Positions 13,889-27,000 of a stretch of 64,000 nt of DNA are shown here, piece after piece. The DNA is taken from assembly GCF_006345805.1 (NCBI RefSeq), contig NC_043018.1, positions 12,214,001 to 12,278,000 on the forward strand, read 5' to 3'. The translations under genes and the position numbers were made by a program. Numbering within the stretch: the first letter of the stretch is position 1; every line of letters starts with the position of its first letter. The DNA is from Octopus sinensis. Taxonomy: Eukaryota. Under the pieces are notes generated by a model, which ran no database searches, had not been told where the DNA came from, and saw nothing but the letters and a program-made list of their open reading frames with translations.

Positions 13889-15732
13889 TTATTTATTTAT
13901 TTATAGTTGTGGCCAAAAGTTTGGAACATAAGTCTGTAAATTAGAATTTTTATATTAAATGCCTAAATATATACATTGTATATATTCGAATTGAATTGTA
14001 CTTGGATATAACAATTTTAGTTTTTTAAAAATGTTCCAAACTTTTGGCCACAACTGTATATCTGATAAGCTTATTTCAGTTTCCATCTCCCAAATCCGCT
14101 TGGCCAAGGTGCCACTAAACCATGAATCTGTGAAGCAAACTCCTTAATCCTACAGCCATACCTGCACCTATAGAAACAAAATAAAAAAGTATATTCTTAT
14201 AAACACTAAATACTGACCCGCTTCTTCTGTTTCTCAGCTTCGAAATCTGCATCATCATCTTCTGTCGAGTCTTGTGGATCGTGAAGTAGAAACTCACATA
14301 AACACTGCACTGGGAGAACATCCAGGGACCCTTCATTGGATTCGACCAACTCAGCAAGCCATGGCATAGATTGTGTGGTACCCTGCATCAGAATGTGTTA
14401 AAAGAGTCATTAGAGAACATTAAATTATAGTACGTCTACTTCAGCATGGGTTCCACAGTTGGATGCGCTTCATAATGCAAACTGCTTTACAGAGTGCACA
14501 GGATGCTGTGACAATGACACATGGGGTTGCCCAGTAACTCATCCCCAAACAAAGAAAAACACCCCATGACTGAGTGAGGTTGTAGTAGAGAGGGAAGTGG
14601 CTTCACACCAGGTGTTGAGAGGTTAAAGTGTGATAGAGGGACAGGTACAGGTGTCTTGCTATAGAGAGATCCGTGTGTGGGTGGAAGAGACTGGAAAGTA
14701 GACAATGCTGGCGATAAGATGTTATGCATACTGTCAAGATACAAGAAGGTTAGCACAAGAGAGAATGTGGTCAGAGAATCGAAAATTGGGGGAATAAGAG
14801 TTCATTTAGAGTTAGTGTAGAATGGCAAACGGTTGGAGATGGGGTACAGGTGAACATAACGAATGAGACAAGGGCGGAGGTGTGGTCAATGGTAAATATC
14901 AGGTGAAAGAAACAGGAGTGGCTCAGGAAGGAAGAGGTGATAAGTGGTAGTATAGAAAGAGTGGAGTAGTAGTAGTAGTATAATAAATTGGTAGAGAGAT
15001 CGGGTTAGGGAGTCAGAGATAGATGTACAGACAGAAATGGATGTGAAGAGTATGTGAGAGTGACTAGAGTGAGGGGTGAGATGAAAGGTTTGGGGAGGTC
15101 AGCAGTGGCAGATAGAAGATGATGTCAAAAATGATGAGATATTGCAGCATCAGGATGTAGCTCAGAGAAGAGGGACATAACTGAAGGAACAGAATCAGTG
15201 GGAAATAAAGTGGAGAAGGCATAATATTGAGAATGATGGATGGATTTCAAGAGGAAGAGGTTTCAGGGAGATGTGGGAGGAGGCAGATAACTGGTAGCAG
15301 AGGATGGGAACGGAATCTGTGCATATTCTGCTCTCATGATTTCAACAGCTGAATGTTTAGAAGAGTGAAGGGATGAGTGTTGGGAAGATGATAGGGTTGG
15401 AAGGGTTGATAAGGGCAGACTGGGTGCAGGAACAGAGTCTGTACAATGATGTCTTTAGGACCTCACTTTTATCATAAGAGATACAAGTCTTCTCAAGCAC
15501 CTCAGTCCTTCAATTTCAAAATGTTGAGAGCATTACAGAAAAGATGACACTCATACTTTGTCCCTTGTCCCCCTGGGATTCTCTCTTTTTTAGATTCTAT
15601 TCACATATAATGTCAAGAACTTCTTCATACAGCTGTTCCCATCCACAAGCATCATATGGCCAAACCAGGGCATTTTCTTTCTTGCACATTACATTTTTCT
15701 CTCAGTATATTTGCACTTTGTTGTGTGTGTGT

Positions 15733-15778
<46 letters not shown>

Positions 15779-18700
15779 TATATATATGCATACACACACA
15801 CATACACTGATGTTGCACATCCAACAGTGCATACCAACTTCATTCTTGTTTTGTTAATGTATGCCCTTTGTATCTAGGGCCCATATCTTCTAACCCTGTT
15901 ACTGTGCTCTTCATACACAAGTATTATACAATCTGTCTTTCACTCTAAGAGAAAAACCTTTTGTTACTAACAGAGGTGACGGACCTTTGAGCTTTCTCCA
16001 TCCTGTTACTATACTTTCAGAACAGCTTTCTCCACTGCTAATTAGGTCACCTAAGCAACCACTATTAATTAGGTCACCTAAGCAACAGAAAGTCTCTTCT
16101 TGTGGAAAGCCTCCTGGGCATATGTGAAAATCTATTCCCTGAGTGTTCTTTTTATTTACTGCATATATGAATACATAGAAAGAGACAGATTACATATAAG
16201 ACATTTTCAAGCACAGCCTAAGATGGAAAAAAACAAAAGCCCAGTTCGCAGTCTATATATAAAATATTTAGAATTATACCTCTGTAAAAACAATTTAAAA
16301 GACACATGAAAACATAATGTAGAAGTCAAAATAAAAACACTGTTCTGATATTATTTACCTGACGTTGAATTATATCGAGCAGGAAGTCTGGGTTACGACT
16401 TCGGCACAATCGCTGACCAATTTTCAGATTCTGGTTCAAAGTCACGAGCTGCTCAATGACCGTCGAAGGAGGTTTGCGTAAAGACCCTCTGTTGTAGAAG
16501 TAAAGAAAAAAAAAGGGCAAGATTTTCAAATGTACACAATTGAACATAGCTGTAACAGAAAGTAGTAAAGTAGAAAGCTGTGTGGCACCCTGTTGGACAG
16601 ACTGACAGTTTGGATGGGCGAATGGCCAACGTAGCAGACTGTCCTCAGGCTTTCTATTTAATACGATGCATGATAGCAATATAAAACGATCCTCACACTT
16701 GACCAGTACATTTTTCTTATTGATCCAGGAAGGATGAAAAGCAAAGCTGACAACGACACAATTTGAGCTTAGATCATACAGGTACCTAACTTAAACAACC
16801 AAATGGGTTATGTTCATTTATGTTCTAAATTCAAATCCTACCCAGGTCAACTTTGCTCATTTCATCAAGTGACAGTGATAGTTTCTCACACTGGCACAAA
16901 TTCACCACAGAAAGCAAAGTCAAACCACCACTGTAATGTGCTGTGAGATCATGGATGCGGTACGTGATTGATTGAGACTTGCATTATTGATCAGCAGAAA
17001 CGTGCCATCCAGTATTCTGCAAGAATCCTAAGAACAAAAAGACTCTGGAGATCTGAGGAGGCCTGTCATCACCAAACCTCAAGATAACAATCCTGCTAAT
17101 TCTACAGCTCCAGAACAATGACACCAACAATGCCAGTGATGCTGATGAGAATGGTATCAGGTGTAACATGACAGGTAATAACCACAGGATTGGGGATAGG
17201 AATGAGAGTGGAACTAAAACAGGAACTGGACAGGGAATGGAATAGGACACGAAACAGTGTAATGGAAATGAGAACTGGAAATAACCCCTTGCTTTTCCAG
17301 GTATCACCAGGTAATTCAGTTGGTTACATATATGTTTAAATGCACATCGCGTATCCTTCACTGATGTATATCAGCAAAGGATGTAAACCTTAGCAAGAAA
17401 GCCCCAAAGAGAAAGAGAATGCTTTCTGAATGAAGTCAGTGGTGATCTCTGTCTCACATGTTCTCTTGTTATTTATCATCATCATCGTTTAAAGTCTGCC
17501 TTCCATGCTGACACGGGTGGGACAGCATGGCAGGAGCCAGCCAGCCAGCCAGCCAGCCAGAAGGCTACATCAGGCTTCTGTGTCTGTTTTGACATGGGTT
17601 TTACAGCTGGATGCCCTTCCTAACACCAACCACCCCACAGAGTGGACTGAGTGCTTTTTACGTGGTACCGGCACAGTCGAGGTCAGTTTTTGGCATGGTT
17701 TTTACAGCTGGATGCCCTTCCAAATGCCAGCCACTTCACAGAAATATAATGAACTAGTGGTTGGCACATTGAAAACCTATAATCAATGGCATTACTAGTC
17801 ATCGATTGGGATATAAAAGTAGTTAAAATTAACAAACATATCAATAAAAGAACGAATCCAATGATGGGATGAGTCAAAAATGGAAGAAAGGAATAAAATA
17901 AGGGGATGGTTAAGAAGAGAATGAACCCCTGAAGGAATCAATAGATGCAAATAAATAAATGAAGCAAATGAACAAACAAAAGTAGAAAAGAACAAAGGAA
18001 TAAAAATGAAAAGTGGAACTTACGAGACATCCATAGTGGTGAGCTGAGATAACAGCAAACTGTTTGACTCTGTGATTGTAATTTTACTGGTGGCAGCAGC
18101 TAAATGAGACTCAAATTCAAGTATCTCATGTTTCTCTTTTTCATAGAGCTGTAACAACATTAGAACACACATTAGAATACATACACTTGTGTAAGGCGAT
18201 GCTGGTAACGATCACACTCAAATAGTGCTTTTTACGTTTCAGGAAGCCACGCTCCACTTGGCACAGATGCCAGTCATCAAATTTGAAAATTATTTCTATT
18301 TTGAAAATTAATACTCATTTCATAAGTAAATTTGAAAAAGTAAAATATTAATTATTGTACATATGATATATAACCCTGACATTGATCAGAGAGCAAATTC
18401 TATGTCATCATCTGACCAGAGTACATTAGAAACCATAGAATAGAACATGCAAGCTATGACATGCAGACTACAACACACATGTAGAACAAAAGTGGCGGCT
18501 AGTAGTTGCTATTTAGCTCCCAGATCAACCCTGATCAAGCATTTCTTCTTGTAGAAGTTTAGTCCCGAGCCAGTATTGATCCAGCATATCTTTGATCAAT
18601 AACATTTCAGAGGAAAACAAATGTCTGTGTGTCAGTGTTTAGCAATAAGGCCAGCTCTGAGCCAGCATTCTACCCAACTCATCTTTTGGTCAGACACCTT

Positions 18701-21700
18701 ATATCTGAAATTATATAATTAGGCTGTTACTAAAGCAGGATTTGGCTGCTATTTCTAACAGGTCTACAGTTAATGGGTTTATGTGTGAATATATTGTCTG
18801 TACAGTAAGCCTAAGAGTATATGTGTGTGTGTGTGTGTGTGACCATCACTACTGTTTTATTGCCTGCTTTCATGGATCAGAGTTTTCCATGGCTGGATGC
18901 TTTTCCTATTGACAACCATTACCTGTTTCCGAAGAAGAGGTAATATTGCCTCATGGGTGGCATGTTTCTGCAGAATATTGGTAATGAATACTTTTCCTTT
19001 ACAACACTCATGCAACATCAAGACAAGGAGACATCATTACACATACAAATATACTTAAACATGATAGGCTTCAGTCAGTATTTCTTTTTACCAAATCATC
19101 AAATAAGGCTTTGGTCAACCTGAGACTCTAGTAAAAGATACTTGCTCAAGGTGCTATAAAGTAGGACTGAACTCAAAGCCATGTGGTTGGGAAGCAAATT
19201 TCTTACCCAGTCAGCCACTCTCTCTCTCTCTCTTTCTCTCACTCTAGGTTTAGTCACTTTAAATGAAGCATATATTACAGTAAATAATATATAATTATAG
19301 TTATTATTAAAAAGGGCCTATGTGAGTCGCTCTTCTCCGTAATTTACAGCCTCCAGGTTTGTATATATATATATATATATAAATATATGCAAGGGTCAAA
19401 GCTGCCAGAATGAGCAGAGAAGTTGGGGGGGAGGGGAACCATTGCTTCATTGGAAATAGAAGCTGCACAAAGAAGCTACACAGATTACACAAATCCAGAT
19501 GTCAAGTCACCTAACCTCAGACTACAGATCTGGTCCGAATGCTTACAACAGAATGGAACCTACATCAAGTGATGGATCAAGTTTACCACCCAAATTAAGG
19601 GTGTGTGTGTGTGTTTTTATAAAGAAGGGAGCTAAACACCTTCATAAATAAACACGTCAAGAGTAGTTATGCTTCATGGACTCCCTTCCACATTTAGTTT
19701 CTAATGTTCTTAAACAAAAGACAAACACAATTATATCAATCTCCATTATACATAACGAACTCAGCAGATGTCCAAACTGTTCCATTGTTTTTCTGGCTCC
19801 GTGTCACAATCACACATTCTATCCTTTTGTTAGTGGCTCCTTGGCTCCGCTGTCTTCAATTCTCAGCTGATAAAGGCATTTCCAAGCTGCCTCTGGCAGT
19901 AGCTGTTGATATGACATCATTGCCGTTGTTGTTGATAGTGGTAGCCTAGTTTTTTCCCCTCACTTGTTGTGGTGTGAGCTTTAAGGAAGCTTTTCTTGAT
20001 TGCAGGGACATGCCTAGCAGTGTAGTTAGGTTTGTTTTGCAACTATGCAGTTCCATAGGAAAGTGTCTTCTGCCTTTAAACCTTAGGTTAACAAAAGCCT
20101 TGAGAGTGAAATTCAGTAGGGACAAATTTTAGAGACAAACAACCCATGGGGATTGGTTCCTGTTCTTGGATAAGAGAATCTGTTCCTTTAACATCACCAA
20201 CTGGTCTTCAGTTGCTTTTAGGGTTTAGGGATCCATGCTGTTGTAAAGATACGATCCTAGTTTCCAACTTGTGCATAACTACCTAGTTTCTTCTCACCAA
20301 AAACCCCCAACAATGATGGGGTTTTTTGATGATAAATCATAGATTAAACATACCTGCTTTTCATGGTTTTTGATCTCTTCAATATGTTTCTCTTCAGTGG
20401 CTGTTGTTGGAGGTGGAAATTTGTAATTGCTGGAAATGAGTGAACAAAAGTGGAAATATTCAAGACAATATATAACTGTACAAATTGTAATTATTCAATG
20501 ACACTGAATAGATATACATGGAGACACTGGTCCTTAAGTTCCTCTTCACTGCTATAAAGAACCAAATTGCTCTCAACAGTAGCAAAAAAAAAAAAGGAAA
20601 AAAAACACTGGAGAACCCAGCCAAAGATTTCATTACTTTTATGCGTTCAGGATAGCAGATCTGTTTGATGAAGAAACTTTCTCTGAGCAATGAAAAGTGG
20701 AAAGGCTATTGGGAGGTGGTTGTGGATTTACCAGGGTGCTAAGGATTTTCTCCCATTCCAGGTACAAAGAAACTGGATATTATCATATGGTGTGAAAGAA
20801 AGTAGTGAATCTAGCTGAGTTAATGATTCCTCTTGGAGATAACATGGATGCCACTCAGACTTGAAAGTTCAACTGTTATAAAAACCTCCTTACTAATTTT
20901 ATTATAAAATCAAGAAATAGATGAGCTACATCTATGAATAGTAAGAGCTAACGAGAAGAGCTAACGAGCTGGCAGAATCGTTAGCACTCCGGACGATAAT
21001 GCTTAATGGTATTTCGTCTACCGTTCCAAGTTCAAATTCCACCAAGGTCGACTTTGCCTTTCATCCTTTCGGGGTCGATAAATTAAGTACCAGTTACGCA
21101 TTGGGGTCAATGTAATTGACTTAATCCCTCTGTGTTTAGCCGCTTGTGAGCAATAAAGAAATAAGAAGAGGTATGAGAATATATCAACTATAGAGTAAGA
21201 AGAGAATCTGATCTTATGAATAGTAAATATAAAATTTTTTTAAATGCCAAAATAGCCAATGCATCCACTGTCAAGCAGGAGGGGCCACCTGCCCTTTTTA
21301 GGGCAAAGTTAGTTTGTTACTCAAAATTTATGCAAAATAAAAATAAAGCCTGCAATTCAGCTCCTGTTCTTGTCAACTTACCTGAAAATAAAAAATCTGA
21401 ATCCTGCTCCTCTGAAAATCCAATCCTACTATCTGAAAGCCTTGTCAATTTACCCAAAGAAATAATAATCTAAATTCTGCTACACTTAATACTGAATTGA
21501 AGTTTAAAAGCAAACAAAAAACTTATTAAAACTTCAGAAGTTCTTACAACTTTGGTCGTTGGAATGCTTTGCTTTCATTTGTTTAATAAAAATTCCCCCT
21601 CGTCTAATGATTTTGCTTTCATTTTGTGATAGACAACTATTCATGCAGATAGTCTTTTCCTCGGTGAGACCTAAAGTTTGAAGGTCGTGCTTCACCACCT

Positions 21701-23960
21701 CGTCCCAGGTTTTCCTGGGTCTACCTCTTCCACAGGTTGCCTCAACCACTAGGGTGTGGCATTTTTTCACACAACTATCTTCATCCATTCTCGCTACATG
21801 AACATACCAGTGCAAACGTCTCTCTTGCACACCACAACTGATGCTTCTTAGGTCCAACTTTTCTCTCAAGGTACTTACACTCTATCGAGTATGAACACTG
21901 GCATTACACATCCATCGGAGCATACTGGCTTCATTTCTTGCAAGCTTACGCATATCCTCAGCAGTCACGGCCCATGTTTCACTACCATGTAGCATGGCTG
22001 TTCGTACACATGCATCACATACATACATACAAACATACTGCAGAAAAATGTTACTGAGGTTTAAAGTTTAATCATTTTCACCCAATCAGAAAACAGGATT
22101 TAGAAGCTGCCATGTATGTGTGTGTTTGTTTGTTTGTGTTTACGATGGAGAGCAGAAAAGAGTCCACTTGCCATCAATTATCAACTTGCTTCCTCTCTCC
22201 TTAAATCTACGTATTCGTCACACTCCCCTTTGTTTCCCTTCATGGGTACACACACACACACACTCTCACCACAACTACAAACATTTTAAGGCCAAATTGC
22301 CTCTTAATAGATTAGTCTTGTGAGCCAAGACGTATGCTTCCTTCGTTTGAGATGGTGTTTAAGGTCCAGATGCCCTTCTGGTTTTCAACTTTTACCATCA
22401 TGCCTTAAAGCATGCAGATACACAGTGCATCTGTTCTAAAATGGGGCTGCACACACCGCATTTGCTGCGGTTGCTTTCCCTATTCGTGTAAATAAGAACA
22501 ACAAAAGAACTTACTTGGTCATTGCCATTTCCATTAGACATTTCAAAATAGGGTAATTCTCCCAGGCAGTTTGTCCTAAACAGAAAACAAAATTAAAGAT
22601 AAGACACACAACAGGCACAGGAATGGCTGTGTGGTAAGAAGTTTGCTTCCCAACCACATAGTTTCAGGTTCAGTCCCACTGCATGGCAACGAGGCCAAGT
22701 TTTCTACTACAGCCCCTGAAGTTTCCTATTCTTTTTGCTGCCATTTTGATGAATTCTTTTCTTCAAGGACTGCGTAGTCAACAGCTAATTCATCCTGCAG
22801 GATGTCCATCAGTCACCTTCCTCACCAAGCAAGTTTGATGGGGTTGCCAGTTTAGTCGCCAGCAAGAAAAACCATCAATACAAGTGAGGATATAAGAAAA
22901 TCCGTGACTGACAGGCCAGGGTCGAACAAGGTCAATGTGAATAGGATGGAAAGGAGCGTCAGGAGTAGTAAAAGTGCCGAGGGGTGCACGGAATGTGCTT
23001 CTGTCACTTTGATCTCTGGCACTGAATACAAGAACGAGACCAGTTAGTAATTTCACGCTTCATATGAGGCCAGAAGAATCCAGCCGAAATGAGTTTTGCA
23101 GAGGCAGCAGTGCCAGGATGTGACAGAGTCAGGAACTAAAGGATACGTCACAGAATATTTCTTTATCAGCCGTTGATTAACAGCATGTACTTGAACTTAG
23201 ATGCAGCGGAAGCTGCGGATGAAGTGTCCAGCAAATCGAGTGGAGGTTGGTCAGACGATAAAACAGTCAAAGTTGATTCCCAGAGGAGACAACAAAGAAT
23301 TTATAGGCAGATGAGACAATGCATCTGCTGCAGTTTTGCAGGAACTGGAGATATGTTGTATGTCAGTTGAAAATTGAGAAATAAGATCGAGATGTCGAGT
23401 TTCCCTCGATGAATATTTTTCTGACTTCGATCATAAGGCAAAAATTTATGATCAGCATAAGAAGAGGTATGAGAATATATCAACTATACAGTAAGAAGAG
23501 AATCTGATCAGTATCCGGAGCTTACAGACTGCTTCTTTGGAGGTTTTCTATTTCCCAAGTTGACAACCATAGTTCTTTGTGACAAAACTACAGACCAAAG
23601 AATGAAATAAATGACTCACCAAAAGTACTGGGATTGAATGCCACAATGATAAGCAACATATTCCAAGCTTTCCAGTAAAGTGCCGATATAGCCAGGGTTG
23701 GTGGAGTATATCTGTTGAAGAAGGTTGATAGACAAGAAAGGAAGATACAAAATTATGAAATATAGATCTTGGAAATCAACAAATTGGCATAAGAGTGGCT
23801 GTGTGGTAAGTAGCTTGCTTACCAACTACATGGTTCCGGGTTCAGTCACACTGCGTGGCACCTTGGGCAAGTGTCTTCAACTATAGCCTTGGGCCAACCA
23901 AAGCCTTGTGAGTGGATTTGGTAGACGGAAACTGAAAGAAGCCCGTCGTATATATGTATG

Positions 23961-24031
<71 letters not shown>

Positions 24032-27000
24032 TTGTCCCCTCCCAACATCGCTTGACAACCGATGCTGGTGTGTTTATGTCCCCGTTACTTAGCGCTTTGG
24101 GAAAAGAGACTGATAGAATAAGTACTAGGCTTCCAAAGAATAAGTCCTGGGGTCGATTTACTCGACTAAAGCTGGTGCTCCAGCATGGCCACAGTCAAAT
24201 GACTGAAACAAGTAAAAGAATAAATTGAATTTAACAATTTTATCAGTCTTTATTATATTGTTACATTTCTTCTTGAATTTCTCGGTAGTCTGACATACAT
24301 ACGTACATGTATACGTACATACACGTACATGTATAATGCTATAAACAGTTTTTCAGAATATATGCATCCAGCATTAAGAAGCTGATTAGAAAGAAATACA
24401 CAAGGAAGGGAAAATACAGGATTAGTCAAGATTAATAACTGAATTTATTCAGACAAGTGTCAGAGGTGGACATATTTTTGGACTTATTATGATCTCATCA
24501 GTGATGCAGAGATGTTTTCATATTTGCTAAAGTAGTGATAAGAGGAGAATCATTAAGTAAACACACAAAATTATATTAAAAGATATTTTACAAACAAAAC
24601 TGAACAGATTTGCTCCTGTTATTCTCTTAAGCTTACTTGTAGAGCGTGATGCAGTCGTCCGGCACACCAGCTCCTCTCAAACCGTCCAACCCATGTCAGC
24701 ATGAAAAATGGACATTAAATGATGATGCTGGTGAAAATTTATATTAACTTTTCATTTTCCATTTAGCATTATCGGCACCGGGAGCCTTACCAGGAAAAAG
24801 TTCTGAAATGTTTATGGAAGAATGCAAAAGTGGTTCCTTATTTATTTTCTCCATGCTTTTTCATTGACCAAACATCATTTTTTTGGCTGGATACAGACCA
24901 GTTTTTCACGACACCATCTTATAGATTCTAAATATAAATGCCAGAACAAATACTACAAAGTATTTTGTTAAACTTGCTAACAATTACACCAATTGAGAGT
25001 AGTGAATTGGAATGATGAGAAGAAGCCAAGTTGATTTGGTAGAATTTGAACTTAGTGTGTCAGACAAAACAGCTTTCAGTATTTATTCTGGCTCTTGCTA
25101 GTATAACATAATCATCATCATCATTGTTTAACGTCCATTTTCCATGCTAGCATGGGTTGGATGGTTCGACCGGGGTCTGGGAAGCCAGGAGGCTGCACCA
25201 GGCTCCAGTCTGATCTGGCAGTGTTTCTACAGCTGGATGCCCTTCCTAACGCCAACCACTCCATGAGTGAAGTGGGTGCTCTTTATGTGCTACTGGCACA
25301 GGTGCCAGGGGAGGCTGGCTACGGCCACAATCAGTTGGTGCTTTTTACGTGCCACCGGCACAGAAGCCAGTCATGGCAGCGCTGGCATCGGCCACGTACA
25401 GATGGTGCTTTTTACGTGCCACTGGCACAGGTATCACAACTACATTTTCCATAATCCTTAACCAATTAAATTATACAAAGGGTAAAGATCCATTCTGTTA
25501 TGAATGACCATGGGATTGCCTCAAGAAAGTTCCCCTCCAAGGAATAAATCTGGGCAAGGTTGTTTATGGAAGACTAGCAATCACTCATGCATACCAGCCC
25601 CCACTCTCTACGCTATCCTCAACGTTATGAAAGGGAAAGGCCAATACAGCTTGGCACTAGTGACATTGCAACTCATTTCTACAGCCGAGTGAACTGGAGC
25701 AACATGAACTTCAAAAAATTTTTTAGAATCATTTCCTGCTGAACCGCCTACCACGGATGAAAGCAAACTTCGGTGTTTAATAGAGCACACATATAAAGAC
25801 GTATACGAACTCATAAGTGAATGTGAGAACTACTTAGAAGCAATTCAAACTCTGGAGAGATTGTACGCGAAACCTTTTAAGCTTTGATATTTGAGTTTGG
25901 ATTTATAACAATGTTTTCCGTGAAGTTTTCACGGGTCCAGCTAGGGCATGATTAAAAGAAAAAACATAAATGGGCATAACCAGTTAACAAGTGTAACCAA
26001 GTTATAAATAAATCCAAGTCTCACCCTTTTGGCAAAACAATGTTCTCAGGATGTCGATAGGCACAAAGATTCATTAGAGCATCAACAAATTCTAGACGAG
26101 TGACTCGAAGGACTTCAACACCTGGAAAGTGAAAAACAAATGTTCAAAGAACAATAAGATATAACAAAATAAGTAATGACAACACAAAAACAAAAGTGGA
26201 TAAAGTGTTCTTTAGCTCCATGTCTTCTCTGACTGAGCAGACAAATCACTTTTGATCAAAGGCACTCCAGTCATGACAATTCCAAATTTTTGTACATCTA
26301 CGAATACATTTTCCATGTCATTATTTCTTCCTTTTTAAAGACTGTAAGGTTAACTTGCATATTTTTTTGTTTGGAGTGATGGGCAAGGGTTAAATTTAGC
26401 TATTTATACTGGCTAGGGCAGTAACTATGTAGTGTAACTAGGATTGCACAATACAATGTCTCCTTTTAAGACAGCAGAATGTGATTTGGCTGCTATTTCT
26501 AACAGGTGGAGTACCGACATAATGCATCTGAAACAGCATCCAAAATGGCCCTTTATGGTGTGGCTGTTTCACCCCAGGAAAGCACTAATCTAAAAAAGAC
26601 CTGCATATACACACATACAGACACATATACCCATAGCTAAAATGAAAACTGGTTGGAGAAAGTCCAGGGAGCTACTACCACTGTTGACAACAAAGAATGA
26701 AGGGTAGACTATATGATGCTTATATTAGACCTGCAATGCTGCATGGTAGTGAGAGATGGGCCTTAAATACTCATTTTCTCTTTCTTTCTTCTTCCCCTAT
26801 TAGATGCTTCTACAAGAACCCACACTGCGGCCCCCCTCCCCACTGTTCAATTCCCTTTCTCAGGGTTTATAGTTATGTCAGCTGCATGGCAAGCTCCATA
26901 GTGTGGTGGCAAGAATAAAGCACCTAATCCACACTGCAAAATGGTTGCAAGGACGGCATCAAATCCTGTCCTACTGCCAAACCATGGCAGCATGGAGCAG

